In this document: in pieces, positions 23,251 to 35,440 of the stretch
Numbering within the stretch: position 1 is the first letter of the stretch
Layout of the letters: the number at the start of each line of letters is the position of its first letter
Origin: Prorocentrum cordatum
Taxonomy: Eukaryota
Reading direction: 5' to 3'
NCBI GenBank assembly: GCA_963575745.1
Contig: CAUYUJ010000326.1
Location: forward strand, 62,001 to 115,337
DNA length: 53,337 nucleotides
The notes under the pieces: generated by a model
Database searches by the model: none
What the model was told of the DNA's origin: nothing
The model's input: only the letters and a program-made list of their open reading frames with translations
Made by a program: the position numbers and the translations under genes

Positions 23251-26200
23251 TCAATCCGATGAGGTGCTACTGTTGCTGCTGCTGCTGCTGTTGCTGGTGC
23301 TGCCGGGTGGTGCTGGTGCCGCTGGGTCTGCTGGTCGCATTGGCTCCAACCAATCCTCACGCGCTATTGTGGCATCAGGCACCTCTAACTCAAGCACTTC
23401 GTCTGTCATGTCTGGCAAGTCTTCAGGCTGCGTGTTGAGGTGGCTGCCCTCTGGTGGAAACGCCCTGTGCTCGCAGTACTTGCCAGCGATACACCACACC
23501 TTGAGCCGCCGCAGAACCACATCCTTGGTTGCTGGCGTAAACGATCTGGATTTCTTGCACTGGGTTGTCGCCGCGTCGCCAGGGTCTTTATGGAAGCGGC
23601 AAGTCGCTAGCCATGCCATCGAGCCATCTGCTTTCTTGGTGATCACAAACCTGAAGGGCCCCCATTCAGATCCCGTGTGCGGGCCTCGCCCTTGCATGGA
23701 GCGTGGCTGCGATGGCATTGCTGATGCTGGTGGTGGCGGCGCTGGTGGTGGCTGCGCTGGAGATTGTGGTGAAGCTGGTGGCTGCTCTGGTGCTGGCGAC
23801 GGCGCATGCTGCGGGGATGGTGAGTTGGCTGGTGGTGGTTGTTCTGGCTCTGGGGATGCGGGCGCGGGCGGTGGTGGATGCTCTGGGGATGGCGGTGTGG
23901 CTGGTGGTGGCAGTGGCGGCTCTAGGTCTGGAGCTGCTGGCGGCGGTCCCAAGTCAGGCGGCACGGGGCCCCCACTGGAAGGTTCATCGCCTGAACCGTC
24001 GCCGTCGCCATGCTGGTCGTCCTCGGAGATGTCTCCGCCAAGGTCTGAGCCATTGGGGCCGTCGCCCCCCTCATCGTCGGCCGCCGCCCCAGCCATATCT
24101 GCATCCAACATCTGCATAAGCGCGTCCTCCAAACCATCCTCCAGGCAGGCATCCTCCTCTGCGCCAGCTTTTGCTTTCGCTCTCTTGCGCGGCATCGGAG
24201 CCGTGCGACGACGGCGCTTCTCTGGCTGCGCGCGCCCATCGTCGTCTTTGACCGCCAACTCCCCCTGCTGCGCCGCCTCCTTCAAGAGTCTCGCGTAGCT
24301 GCCCGAATTCCAATTGTGATGAACAGTATCATCACCAGCGGCGTTGAGCAAGCACTTCAAGTAAGCGTTGCACAACGTCTTCTGGTTGCGGCTGTAGTGC
24401 CAAATCTTGGGTTCACCGATCTGGTATGGTGGGGGTGGCGCGGCTGGTGGTTTTGTGCTTGGTAACGGTTGGCCTGACCAACCTTGTTGTCGCAGTCTGA
24501 TGAGAAGTTCGTAAGTTGTGGCCTCTTTGTCTTTGATGCCCTGCCGCTCTCTTAGGGCTGGAGCTGAACCATGGACCACATCGTAAGATCGCAAGACGAT
24601 CAACCCATACTGTGTTAACTTGTACCCAACTATTCCCATTCCGTGGTGACTGCGAGACTGCATTGTGATGCCAGCACCTTCCAGCAGCTCCATGATGGTA
24701 GAATCGCGCTCGAGTGTCGGCGACCCTGGGTCGAATACAAACTCGGCGTCACTGGATTCGAACGCACCGCATGCCACTATGTCGGTAAGCAGCTGAATAC
24801 CGAAGAACTCCAGGTCACGAGGGAAGGCTGTCGGCCACTCAGTTGGCACATAAACGATTCTTCCTGCTTGGGGTAATTACAAGAGGTACCAGGACAATCA
24901 CATATACAAGCGTCATCCCCGAAAAAATCAAATGGCAAAATGCCAATCCTTGTTCCTCGTCCTCCCACCCTCCTTCTCTCCTCCATCCTCCTCCTCCACC
25001 TCATCCCCCATCATCCTCTCGCAGGGCCCGCATGCCGCCAGCTCGCCATTTCGGTGCACCCCTCACACATTCCGTGGCCCCATAGACAGCTCCACCGAAG
25101 GCCCCAATGCCAGGGCCCGCATGGGCCGCCACCTCGCCATTTCGGCACACCCCTCACACGTTCCTTGGCCCCAAAGGGAGCTCCACCGAAGGCACTGCTC
25201 TCGGCAGAAGTCGTTCCCCACTGCACTTACAATGATGCTGCATCCTTGGTTCCACCGCGTTGCCGCGCGGGCAGTCCACGGCGAACTCGGCGAACTCGGT
25301 CAATGGCAGCAGCCTGCAGCCTGCCTGCTCCCTCCCGCCGCGTGCCAGCGTTCTCAGAGAAACAATCGCAGATACGGCGTCCAAAAGGTCCGAGTCGGCT
25401 GCAGCAAGGACGGGCGCGGGGGGGCCAGGCCTCCCTACTCCAGGCTCCCGCCCGGTGGCCCACACACACCCTGCTCGGCAGCCCCATGGGTTGCGCTCAG
25501 TGTCTGGACTGGAACATCCTGCGATATGATCTTGGTCCTCAACCGCGCCGTGCGGCGCTGTGAGGGTGACTCGACTCACAAGTAGGCGAGTTGCAGGCTA
25601 CAGGAGGGGCGAGGGAGGAATGAGGGAGGAGGGGGAGGCTGGAGGAGGGAGGATGGAGGAGGGGGCCGTCGGTGGAGCTCCTTCTGGGGCCGGGCCGCGG
25701 ATCACAGACATGTGTTGGGGCGCCACCATGTCTGGAATGGGGGTCTTATGGGGCGGTGACTGGGCCACTCACAACCTCGGCGACTTCGTTCCCTGAGGGC
25801 GGCCCCTGCGGCTTCGCGGGGCCACTTGCCGCGGCGGCGTGGGCGCAAGACCGCGCCGCCGAGTCCCGAACTCCCAAACTACTCATCCTCCCCCTCCCTC
25901 CCCTGCCCCCCCTTTGTCCACTCCTGCGCGCTTCTCTGCTTCATCTTCATCCTTCTTCTCCTCGTCCCCCCTCCTCCCTCAGGCCTCCCTCTGCGGCCTC
26001 TCCTCCACCAGGGGCGCCTTCCTTCTCTCCCCCATCGCCCGTGGGCTGGAGTCTGTAGCGCATCTCCAGATGACGCCTGGCCTGCCCCTCCCTCTCCACG
26101 TTCCCCCCTCCTTCCTCGCTCGGCCCGGCGGGGGGGGGAGGGGGGGAGGGAGGGAGGGGGGAAGGGGGAAACCAACGAATGTGAATTTGCAAACTTCCCA

Positions 26201-29200
26201 TGGGTCCTGTTGGCTGTAACTCTAGAAACTCGTCATCAATATCAGCCATCCCCTCAAGATGCCGACGCGTCAGAAGACGCGCGCTGCCATCAAGGACCTC
26301 GTCGTCAGCAGCTTCCGCGCGCACTCCAGTGGTTGACACTAAGAGCGAAGACGTGCCCTCGTCGTCCGTCATAGTGATCGTAGTGTGCAGAGTAATGGCA
26401 ACGTCATCTCCGTCCAGGTTGCAATGTACTGGTCGAATGAGCTGTCGTGTCGACGGGGCCTTGTGTACGACCCTGAAGACCGTCGTGTGCGCGCGCAGCT
26501 TCCTCTCCTGCAGGAGAGCAGCAGGGCCTGCGTCCCCGTCGTCGGTCAAAGCAAGCAGGTGACCCTCACCCTGAGCGCGAAACGCAGCTGGAATATATTC
26601 ATCGTCTCTGAGCGCAAGTAGTGCTGGCTGCGAAATGTCACGCTCGCCCGACATGGCCGCGGACAGCTTCGGGACGTCTGCCTCCGAGTACGAAACCGAA
26701 TAGTAAGACTGAATGTTAACCGTCTTCCTGAAGTGCTGAAGAGCATGAGTGCTGAGGAGGCGCAAGGCGTGGTTGGTGCCCATGGGTGGTTTGGGCTTCG
26801 TGGCTGCTTGTCCGAGGGCTGGCTGAAGGGCCGTCTTCTTGGCATGCTGAGTCCGCGCGTCCAGCCGATAGAGAACCTTGGTGACGGTGGATCTCTTGCA
26901 AGCTCCTCGCTGGCCCACCTCGGCAAGGACAGTGGGGTGGCTCTTGAGACCGAACGCACCTGCCAGCTTCGGCGCACTCGCCTTCAGGTGGTCCATGTAC
27001 TGCACGATCTTGCTCCAGAGCTCTGGGTCATCTTTGAGCTGGCGCTTCAGGTCGGGCAGCTTCAGGTGCAAGTTCACAAAGGCCCCCCCAGCGTTGGGGG
27101 CTTTGCAAGCATTTAGCTTACTCGCCCTGTGTTTCGACTCAATCGAGCGTTCGCAAACGGGGATGGACCGCACCACGCCCGCGACCCACTTCAATACAGG
27201 AAGCTCATCGAGGTCTGCGTTCTCGTCGATAAAGTCAATGACTTCACCGCGAAGGGCTGATCCAGGGTGGCATACGAGCTGGACCATTGGCCACATGTCT
27301 CTGCGCTGGTCCTCTGACAAGTGTTCCCACATCTGCAAACAAGATCGTACGCATTGCCGTGCTGCGTCAAAGCGGGTCCCGAGAAAGTCTGTGCACCCCA
27401 GTCCGCAGAGTCTGTGGGGCAAGTGGGCCCAGTGGCTGAGTTTGGCTTCGAAGACCTCCATGACCTTCGCCCGCCCTGATTCCCAGTCGTGCACCACGAT
27501 GTCCCGCTCCTCGCTCGTAAGCTTCGAGGTCTTCTCAAGCAGAAACCCCAAGCACTGCGCTGCGAGTTCCTCCAGCATCCTCTGGCCCCTCCCTGCTGCG
27601 AGCTCTGGAGCTCTGTGACCCCTGTGAGGGCACGTAGAATACTTTACCCCAGTCTCCATGCCGTACTCATGCCTCCGAGCGAAGTAAGGCCGCCCTGGGC
27701 AGAAGCCGCTCTTTTCTCTGAAAGGGCGCCCATGGCATTCACAGCTTTCCAAATAGTTCTGGAACTCGAAGATGCAGCCGTGGGAGAGGTAAAGCACCAT
27801 CTGGTTGTAGCACCAGAATGCACTGCTCTTGACAGCCTCGTCGATCAGCGCAAGCTCCTCCTTGGTGGTGGGATCCTCCCCAGTTGGTTTCGTCGGTGCG
27901 TGGTCGCCGCTCGCCGTGGGTCGGTCGTCAACTTGCTGATTGTACGAGGATAGGTCCCAGAAGAGTTTCAAGCCGACTTCGCAGAAAGCGAGCTGTTGCA
28001 GGGACGGGATATAGCTGGCGAACCGCCATTCGGCTGGTTTCAAGACCATCTCCTTGATCGGGCGGTGGTAGGCCTGCGCTTCCCCCCCTTTGAAACACCG
28101 TTCAAGGACGCGGTCGCAAGTCCACGGGTCTGCCAGAAGTCGGATTAACGGTTTCGCTCTGTCCAAAAACCATTGTTTGTGGCTGAGTGCAGCTAGAGCG
28201 TCTGAGAGTGCGTTGTTGCAGGTGTGCAGCAGGCCGCCCACTTGCAGCGCGCCGTGGAAGAAGCCTTTCTCGCAAGGTTCTTGGCGTAGCAGTTCTTCGT
28301 CGGAGGGGGGCGCCTCTGGCGTCGGTGGGTCCAGGTCAGCCACGCCTTGGTCGTCCTCCACGCTCAGGCCCTGTGGTAGCTCCTCTTGGTCTCCCTGCGC
28401 TTGCTCCTCCCTCTGAGGCGGCGGCGGCGTGCTGCACATGAAAGCATCTCCGTCCACCGCTCCATCGTCGCTTACCACGTCCAGGTCGAACGCCGTACCA
28501 GCACCAGCGGCGACTCCATCGTCGCTTTCCACTTCCAAGTGGAGGTCTGCCATCTCTACTGTTCTCGCAGGTAGATTCATGATACCGTCGTCGTCGGCGG
28601 CGCAGTCGGAAGGTGATTGCGGTGCTGGTGGTTCGTCGTTACCAGTAGCAAGGCCAGTGTCAGGTACCACCACCAAGCCAGAAGGGTGCGGATCGTCCGC
28701 GTCGCCGTCGTCTCCACACATTGCCGCCGGCTGCAGGTTAGCTTCGCCATCGTCATCACGGCGCTCCAAATCCATCCAGTAGGGGAATGCCGCGGTCAAG
28801 TCAGCGTGTCTCACTGAAGACAATTTGGACTCGATCCCCAGGTCCGTAGCGAGGCTCTGGATCATTTGCGAACGCCTTTCTGCTGCAGCCATTGAGTGGG
28901 ATGCCAATCTGAATTGGTGAACAGCTGCGTGTAACTTGTCCAGCAGGCCAGTGGCTTTCGATCCCATTCCTACTGCTGCAAGCATCTGGTGCTCGTATAG
29001 GCGGGTGAGTTCTTGTGTGAGGCTCCGGTAATCACGCGCCCTGTGTTCATCATCGGCGTCTGCCTCGCTCGCGCTATCCCTGTCCAGCTGCACAGACGAT
29101 GGCTTGCACCCCTCCAGTTTCCTTCCGAGGTCGTAGGCCCTGACGACGTCATGGCATCGATAAATCTCTGTTAACAACCAATCAACTCCCAGAAGCGGAG

Positions 29201-30436
29201 AGCTATCCATGAGACAGTATTCGGCAGTCGCCCTCGGAAGTTGGAGACTGTATCGGTCCTGATCCACTTTCATAATCGCAGCGTCCAGTGTGAGCAGGTA
29301 ACGATTGACAGTAGCTGGTGATGGGACTGTCCCTGGCGTTCGAAGCTGCTTAACAATGGGTCCCGCGATGGATTCGTGGAAGGTGAACTTGATGCTGTCC
29401 TCCAGCGTTCCCAGCAAATGCCTGGCGCCCTGAAGGCGCGAGGCAAGAAGGATCGTCTGCAACATCTTTGACATTGACAAAACCATCTGGGCGTTCAGGC
29501 GCCCCTGCCCTGGTCCAGTGCGAAGGGAGTCAGACAGATTCCCAAGAAATCGTAAGGATTCCTGGACCGACTTAGCATAATCACTCTTGGTTCTTTCTGG
29601 CAGGGCGGCGAAACAATTCCCAATTGTAGCGCACACGAGGTCGATTGTGGATGCCTTGAGTTCCGACGGCTCTTCTGTGAAATCTGGCCTGGGCGCGCAA
29701 TCACGAGGTAGCCCAAAATTGTCAATGAGTTGATTGTTGGCCTGCGTCCCTGCTGCTGCGCCGGGCAAAAGAACAATATTCTTGAACGAGTGGCTGAGTA
29801 TAAGGTCGTCCATCGGGATCTGTGGGCGAAACAACCACTGCGAAGATCTGATACTGAAACCTGACGCGCGCCATTTGTCTTTGATGGCTTTTGCTTCTGG
29901 GAGCACGCGTAAGAACAAGTTAGCATCAATTGGTGCATACAGTGCCCGAAAATCACGAGTAACTTCGTAGAGGGGAACTGGCTGGCTGAATTCCTGCACA
30001 TCGAGGATTGGACAGGTGGCAAGGCCCTCGTGCTGGAAAGACCTCAGGTAGCACCGAGCCTCTGGATTCCCAAGGTCCATCTCGGAGAGTGTGTGCGCGG
30101 GCGTCCCAATAAGCAGCATAGCAACAATATCTTCATGGTCGCCCCTGTCTTGGCGGTCCATGATAGCACTGCAACCTGAGGTTGATACGTAAAATCACAA
30201 TCGAAAAACTCTCGGCTCAATCATTTTGGAAGGTAATGTAAAAAAAAATCGAAACTACTGTCTCTGAGAACTTCGAGGTCGAATCCCGCAAAACATTGCT
30301 TTGAGGATTTGGAGTGCCCTGCACGACCTGCCCCCTCGGAAATGAACTGGCTGTCAGCGCCGCTCCTCACGAACGTGTCTCGGAGGAAGTGGCGACGCCG
30401 CACCAACCGTCTCACAAGGTACACGATGAGGTTCAT
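23251..30436 (-). CDS. hAT-like DDE transposase of about 1,900 aa; exons 30436-30328, 30175-26207 and 24863-23251
   Basis: First D in YCLMDSSP (29205-29207); second D in SLATDLG (28842-28844); GGLLHTCNN (CxxH-equivalent); KPAEWRFASY (hAT RW-equivalent); SIPVCERSIESKH (PxxxxxxE region). A GT-AG intron at 30327-30176 and a GA-AG intron at 26206-24864 both join in phase 1 without stops. A further 5' exon near 30510-30620 is possible. Confidence 0.85.
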
Positions 30437-30759
30437 AATGCCTCTGTCCAGGGTTTGGGGGTGGGAGGGGGGGGGGAGGGGAGGGGAAGGGAGGGGGCCC
30501 GGCCTTTCCTTTGAACTCGTCGAACTCCGACTCCGCCTCGGGCCTCGCCTCGGCGGCCGGCGGCTGCCCGGCGGCTGGGGCGGCCGGGGCGGCGGCCGGG
30601 CGGGCCTCGCATCGGGATCATCGGGGCGAGGGCGAGGGTGAGGAAAGGCAAGCTGCAGAAGAAGCAGGAGGAGGCGGAGGGGCGGAGGAGGGGGAGGAGG
30701 ACGGAGGATGGGAGGTGGTGGGAGGCAGTGGGAGGGAGGAGCGAGCGAGAAGGCACGAG

Positions 30760-31755
30760 GAAAAGGAGGAGGAGGAGGAGGAGGAGGAGGAGGAGGAGGA
30801 GGAGGCGGAGGCGGAGGAGAGGACGAGGAGGCTCGGAGGAGGGAGGCTCGGACTCCGAGCCTCCTCACCCAGCCTCGGAGAGAAGGAGGAGGAAGGAAGG
30901 AGGAGGCTCTCGAGGAGGAGGAGGAGGCTCGAGGAGGAGGAGGAGGAGGAGGGGCAGGATGGAAGAGGGAGGAATGAGAAGCAGGTGGAGGGAGGCAACC
31001 GCCCAGTCGGTCGGGCGAGAATCCTCCTCGTTCCTCGTCCTCGTCTCCTCGTCCTCCCCCTCCTCCTCCTCCGAGCCTCCTCCTCTTCCTCCTCCTCCTC
31101 CTCCTCCTCTCCTCCTCCTCCTCCTCCTCCTCCCTCCTCCTCCTCCTCCTCCTCCTCCTCCTCCTCCCTCCTCCTCCTCCTCCTCCTCCTCCTCTCCTCT
31201 CCTCCTCCTCCTTTTCTGTCGTCACTCCTCCTCCTCCTCCTCCTCCACCTCCTCTCCTCCTCCTCCTCCTCCTCCTCCTCCTCCTCCTCCAAGTCTGGGG
31301 TGTGTGGTTGAGGCGCTGAGGCCAAGACCCAAGGGCCTCATATTCAAGCAGCCGACCTTTCTTCCTCCTCCTCCTCCTCCTCCTCTCCGAGCCTCCCCTA
31401 CTCCTCCTCGCTTTCCTCCTCCTCCTCCTCCTCCTCCTCCTCCTCCTCCTCCTCCTCCTCCTCCCCTCCTCCTCCTCCCTCCTCCTCCGCCTCCTCCTCC
31501 TCCTCCTCCTCCTCCTCTCCCCTCCTCCTCCTCCTCTCTCCTCCTCCTCCTCCTCCTCCTCCTCCTCCTTCGTCATCCTCTTTCCTCCTCCCTGGACCCT
31601 CCTCCTCCGACCTCCCTCCTCCTCGACTCCTCCCCTCCTCCTCCTCCTCCTTCCTCCTTCCTCCTCCTCCTCCTCCTCCTCCTCCTCCTCCTCCTCCTCC
31701 TCCTCCCCTCCTCCTCCTCCTCCTCCTCCTCCTCCTCCTCCTCCTCCTCCTCCTT
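30760..31755. repeat. (GGA)n then (CCT)n microsatellites in the right subterminal region
   Basis: Read directly. Confidence 0.9.
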
Positions 31756-32132
31756 CCCTGCCCCTGGGCTGGGCCCTGGGCGGCGGCCTGGCGGCCCCGG
31801 CGCTGGCGCCGGCCGCGCTGCCGCGCCACCCGCGCTGGGCCCACCCGCGGCGGCCGCTGGGGCCGGCGGCCGCCGCGGGTTCGAACCGAGAGTGCGCGCG
31901 GCGCGCGGCGCGAGGCGCGGCGAGGCACAGCTGCACAACACCAGGAGGATCGGAGGAAGGCAAAGGGTTGATGATGCTGACCTGAGGCTGAGAGTCGAAT
32001 GAGGCTGAGGTCTGAGTCGAAGTTAGAGAAAAAGGTGAGGCGCGAAGGGGAAAAAGAGGCGAGTGACTGCGAGTGAGGCTGAGGAGGTAGGGTGGAAGAA
32101 AACGTAGCGAAAAGAAGCGATACGAAAATATT

Positions 32133-32155
32133 AGTGGGGACTGTGAGTTTTATCA
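32133..32155. repeat. Right TIR AGTGGGGACTGTGAGTTTTATCA
   Basis: Inverted match to 4884-4906. Confidence 0.93.
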
Positions 32156-32163
32156 CCACTGAG
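32156..32163. repeat. Right 8-bp target-site duplication CCACTGAG
   Basis: Identical to 4876-4883. Confidence 0.93.
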
Positions 32164-33660
32164 TGGGGTCCGTGGCGGCACCACAACCTGCCCGCGCCTG
32201 GGCCCGGGGTGTCCAAGCACAGCAGAGAGCAGCTGCAGCAGGGCCTGCGACTGCGAGAGCAGCTGGGGACCGGCGCTGGCACCTCGACGGCAGCCAGGCC
32301 CAGTCGGGGGGGCCTGCTCTTGGCGGCGACCGAGGGGGGAAAAGAGAAGGAGAAGGCCTTCTCGGCAGGCGGCGGGACTTCTCAGCAACCCCCGCGCCTC
32401 CTGAGAAAGTGCCTGCTCCATCTTCGGGGACGGCTCCGAAGACTTCTCAGAAGGCCAGGGGACTTCCGAACCTCCCGAGGACTTCTCCTTCTCACTTCCC
32501 CCCCCCCCGGCGATCCGGAGGTGGAGGAGGAGGAGGAGGAGGAGGAGGAGGAGGATGTGGTGGTGGTGGTGGTGGTGGAGGAGGAGGAGGAGGAGGAGGA
32601 GGAGGAGGACAGGGGGGGGGAGAGGGGACAGGCCCTCTCAGAAAACGGCGGGGCTTCTCAGAAGGCCTTCGACCTTCTGGGCAGCCGCCTCTGCTCTCGG
32701 AGAAGGCCGAGAAGAAACTCCTCGGCAGGCCGGAGGCCTTCGGAGCCTGCTGAGGAGGCCCGCCCCCATGCGATCTTCCCCCCCATCCCGGGCGCGCCGC
32801 CGAATCTACTCGGGCCCGTTGCGGAGGCCTGGACGAGAGGGCCCCCGCCCCCACCGAGATGGAGGCCCACCCAGGCTCCAGGGCCGATGGGCCGGTGCCC
32901 GCAGTCTCGCCGCCACGCCCTGCGCCGGCCGCCCGACGCGACCTGCCCAGCGACCCCCCTCCCTCCCTGCAGAAGATGAGGAAGAAGGCCAGGAATACTG
33001 CAGGCAGGACTCCTTTCCAAATATTTTCCACGATGCTGATCACCCCATTCGAATGTGCGCCGGTCTCCCGGCTTAAGCACCAGCCTAAAGCTCACAGCTC
33101 ACAGCCGGTCTCCCGGCTTAAGCACAGGACCTCCCTCCCTCCCTCCCTCCCGCTGCGGACACGTCCTCCCGCGCACTTTGATCGAGAGCCGGTGCAGAGC
33201 CCCGAACCCAGGAGCGGCTTACCGCTCCGAGGGTGACAGGCCCCAGTGGAGAGGGGGTGCGCCAGCAAGAGCATGACTTCCCTCCCTCCCTCCCTCTCTC
33301 CCTCCCTCCCTCCTCCCCTCCCCCCTCCCTCCCCCCCTCCCTCCCCCCCCATCCCCCCCCTCCCTCCCCCCTCCCCTCCCTCCCCCTCCACCTGTCGGGG
33401 GCGCAAAGTGGTGGGGCAGGGGCAGGGGTGGGGAGGAAAATCGCCCCACACTGCCCGACGGAATGGAGCGGGAGCAACCGCCTGGGTCCCGCTCCCCAGC
33501 CCCTCCCCGCCGGTCCCAATCACACGCCTGCGCCAAGATAAAACAGAGAGAGAGAGAGACTGAGGATGAGTGAGGCATGGGACCAACCTGCCCCGTCCCC
33601 CTCCCTCCCCCTCCTCCTTGAGGTCTTGGGGGGGGGGTTGGAGCGGCCCCGGCGCGCCGC

Positions 33661-33696
33661 CAGGGGCAGCTCCTCCTCGTTCTTGGCCGCCGGCAT
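33661..33696 (-). CDS. Probable first exon (MPAAKNEE[ELPL]) of the deaminase-family host gene
   Basis: The ATG lies about 50 nt downstream of a relic spliced leader. Phase-0 donors (GA at 33672 or GC at 33660) match the phase-0 acceptor of exon 3847-3696. The linkage is inferred. Confidence 0.5.
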
Positions 33697-33748
33697 TGTG
33701 GGCGGCCCCGGGGATGGGCTTGGGCTCGGCGCTGCGCAAGTCACCCCT

Positions 33749-33768
33749 CTCGGCCAAAATGGCTGCGA
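33749..33768 (-). promoter_or_regulatory. Relic dinoflagellate spliced leader
   Basis: TCGCAGCCATTTTGGCCGAG versus DinoSL DCCGTAGCCATTTTGGCTCAAG; the core AGCCATTTTGGC is identical. Confidence 0.75.
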
Positions 33769-33809
33769 CCGCGAGCCCGTGTGGTCACCCCTGCCCTCCC
33801 TGGACCCCC

Positions 33810-34930
<1,121 letters not shown>

Positions 34931-35409
34931 GGGTCAAACTTCACCTTCGTGTCTACTAAGAATGAATGGGTAAGGGTAAGGGATCGGGTTCGGGTTCGGG
35001 TTCTACACAATCATATACAACCAAATAAAATAACATAGAATAGTCGGACTTTAATCGTACACGAAGCGGAAGTTCGGAAACCCACAAATTCGCCATTCGC
35101 TGATAGGAAAACAATACAGGGGCGATAGACCTAATAGTTCACGAAGATGAAGTTCGGAAGCCCACTGATTCTAATAGTACACGAAGAAAGGGTTCGGAAA
35201 TCCACACTTCCGCCGTTCGCTCGTAAGAAAACAATACAGGGGCTATAGAGCCAATAGTACACGAAGGTGAGGTTCGCAAACCCATTGTGGAAAACGAGAA
35301 AATAGCGTTCCTTTTTTCCTGCTCGCTTTCCTCTTCCTCATCCTCCTCCTCCCCCTCCTCCTCCTCCTCCCCCTCCTCCTTCTCCTCCTCCCCCTCCTCT
35401 TCCTCCTCC

Positions 35410-35440
<31 letters not shown>

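Larger units (their letters stand above)
4884..32155 (-). mobile_element. Giant (27.3 kb) hAT-like DNA transposon carrying a transposase, a C5 DNA methyltransferase and other cargo genes
   Basis: TIRs, 8-bp TSD, internal hAT-like DDE transposase, and an empty-site paralogue in the same window. Confidence 0.9.

Noticed and set aside
25947..26206. C-terminal 86 aa of the 1404-aa ORF
   Set aside because: Low-complexity read-through into the predicted GA-AG intron
30221..31963. Long ORFs over microsatellites (also 33566-35038, 36110-37250, 43360-45294 and 48700-50445)
   Set aside because: Homopolymeric translations of triplet repeats that lack stops; no coding signal, apart from the short transposase exon at 30436-30328
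4877..32162. Alternative boundary: TIR extended by 1 bp with a 6-bp TSD CACTGA
   Set aside because: Formally possible, but the longer perfect 8-bp duplication fits the hAT-like transposase better; other copies would decide
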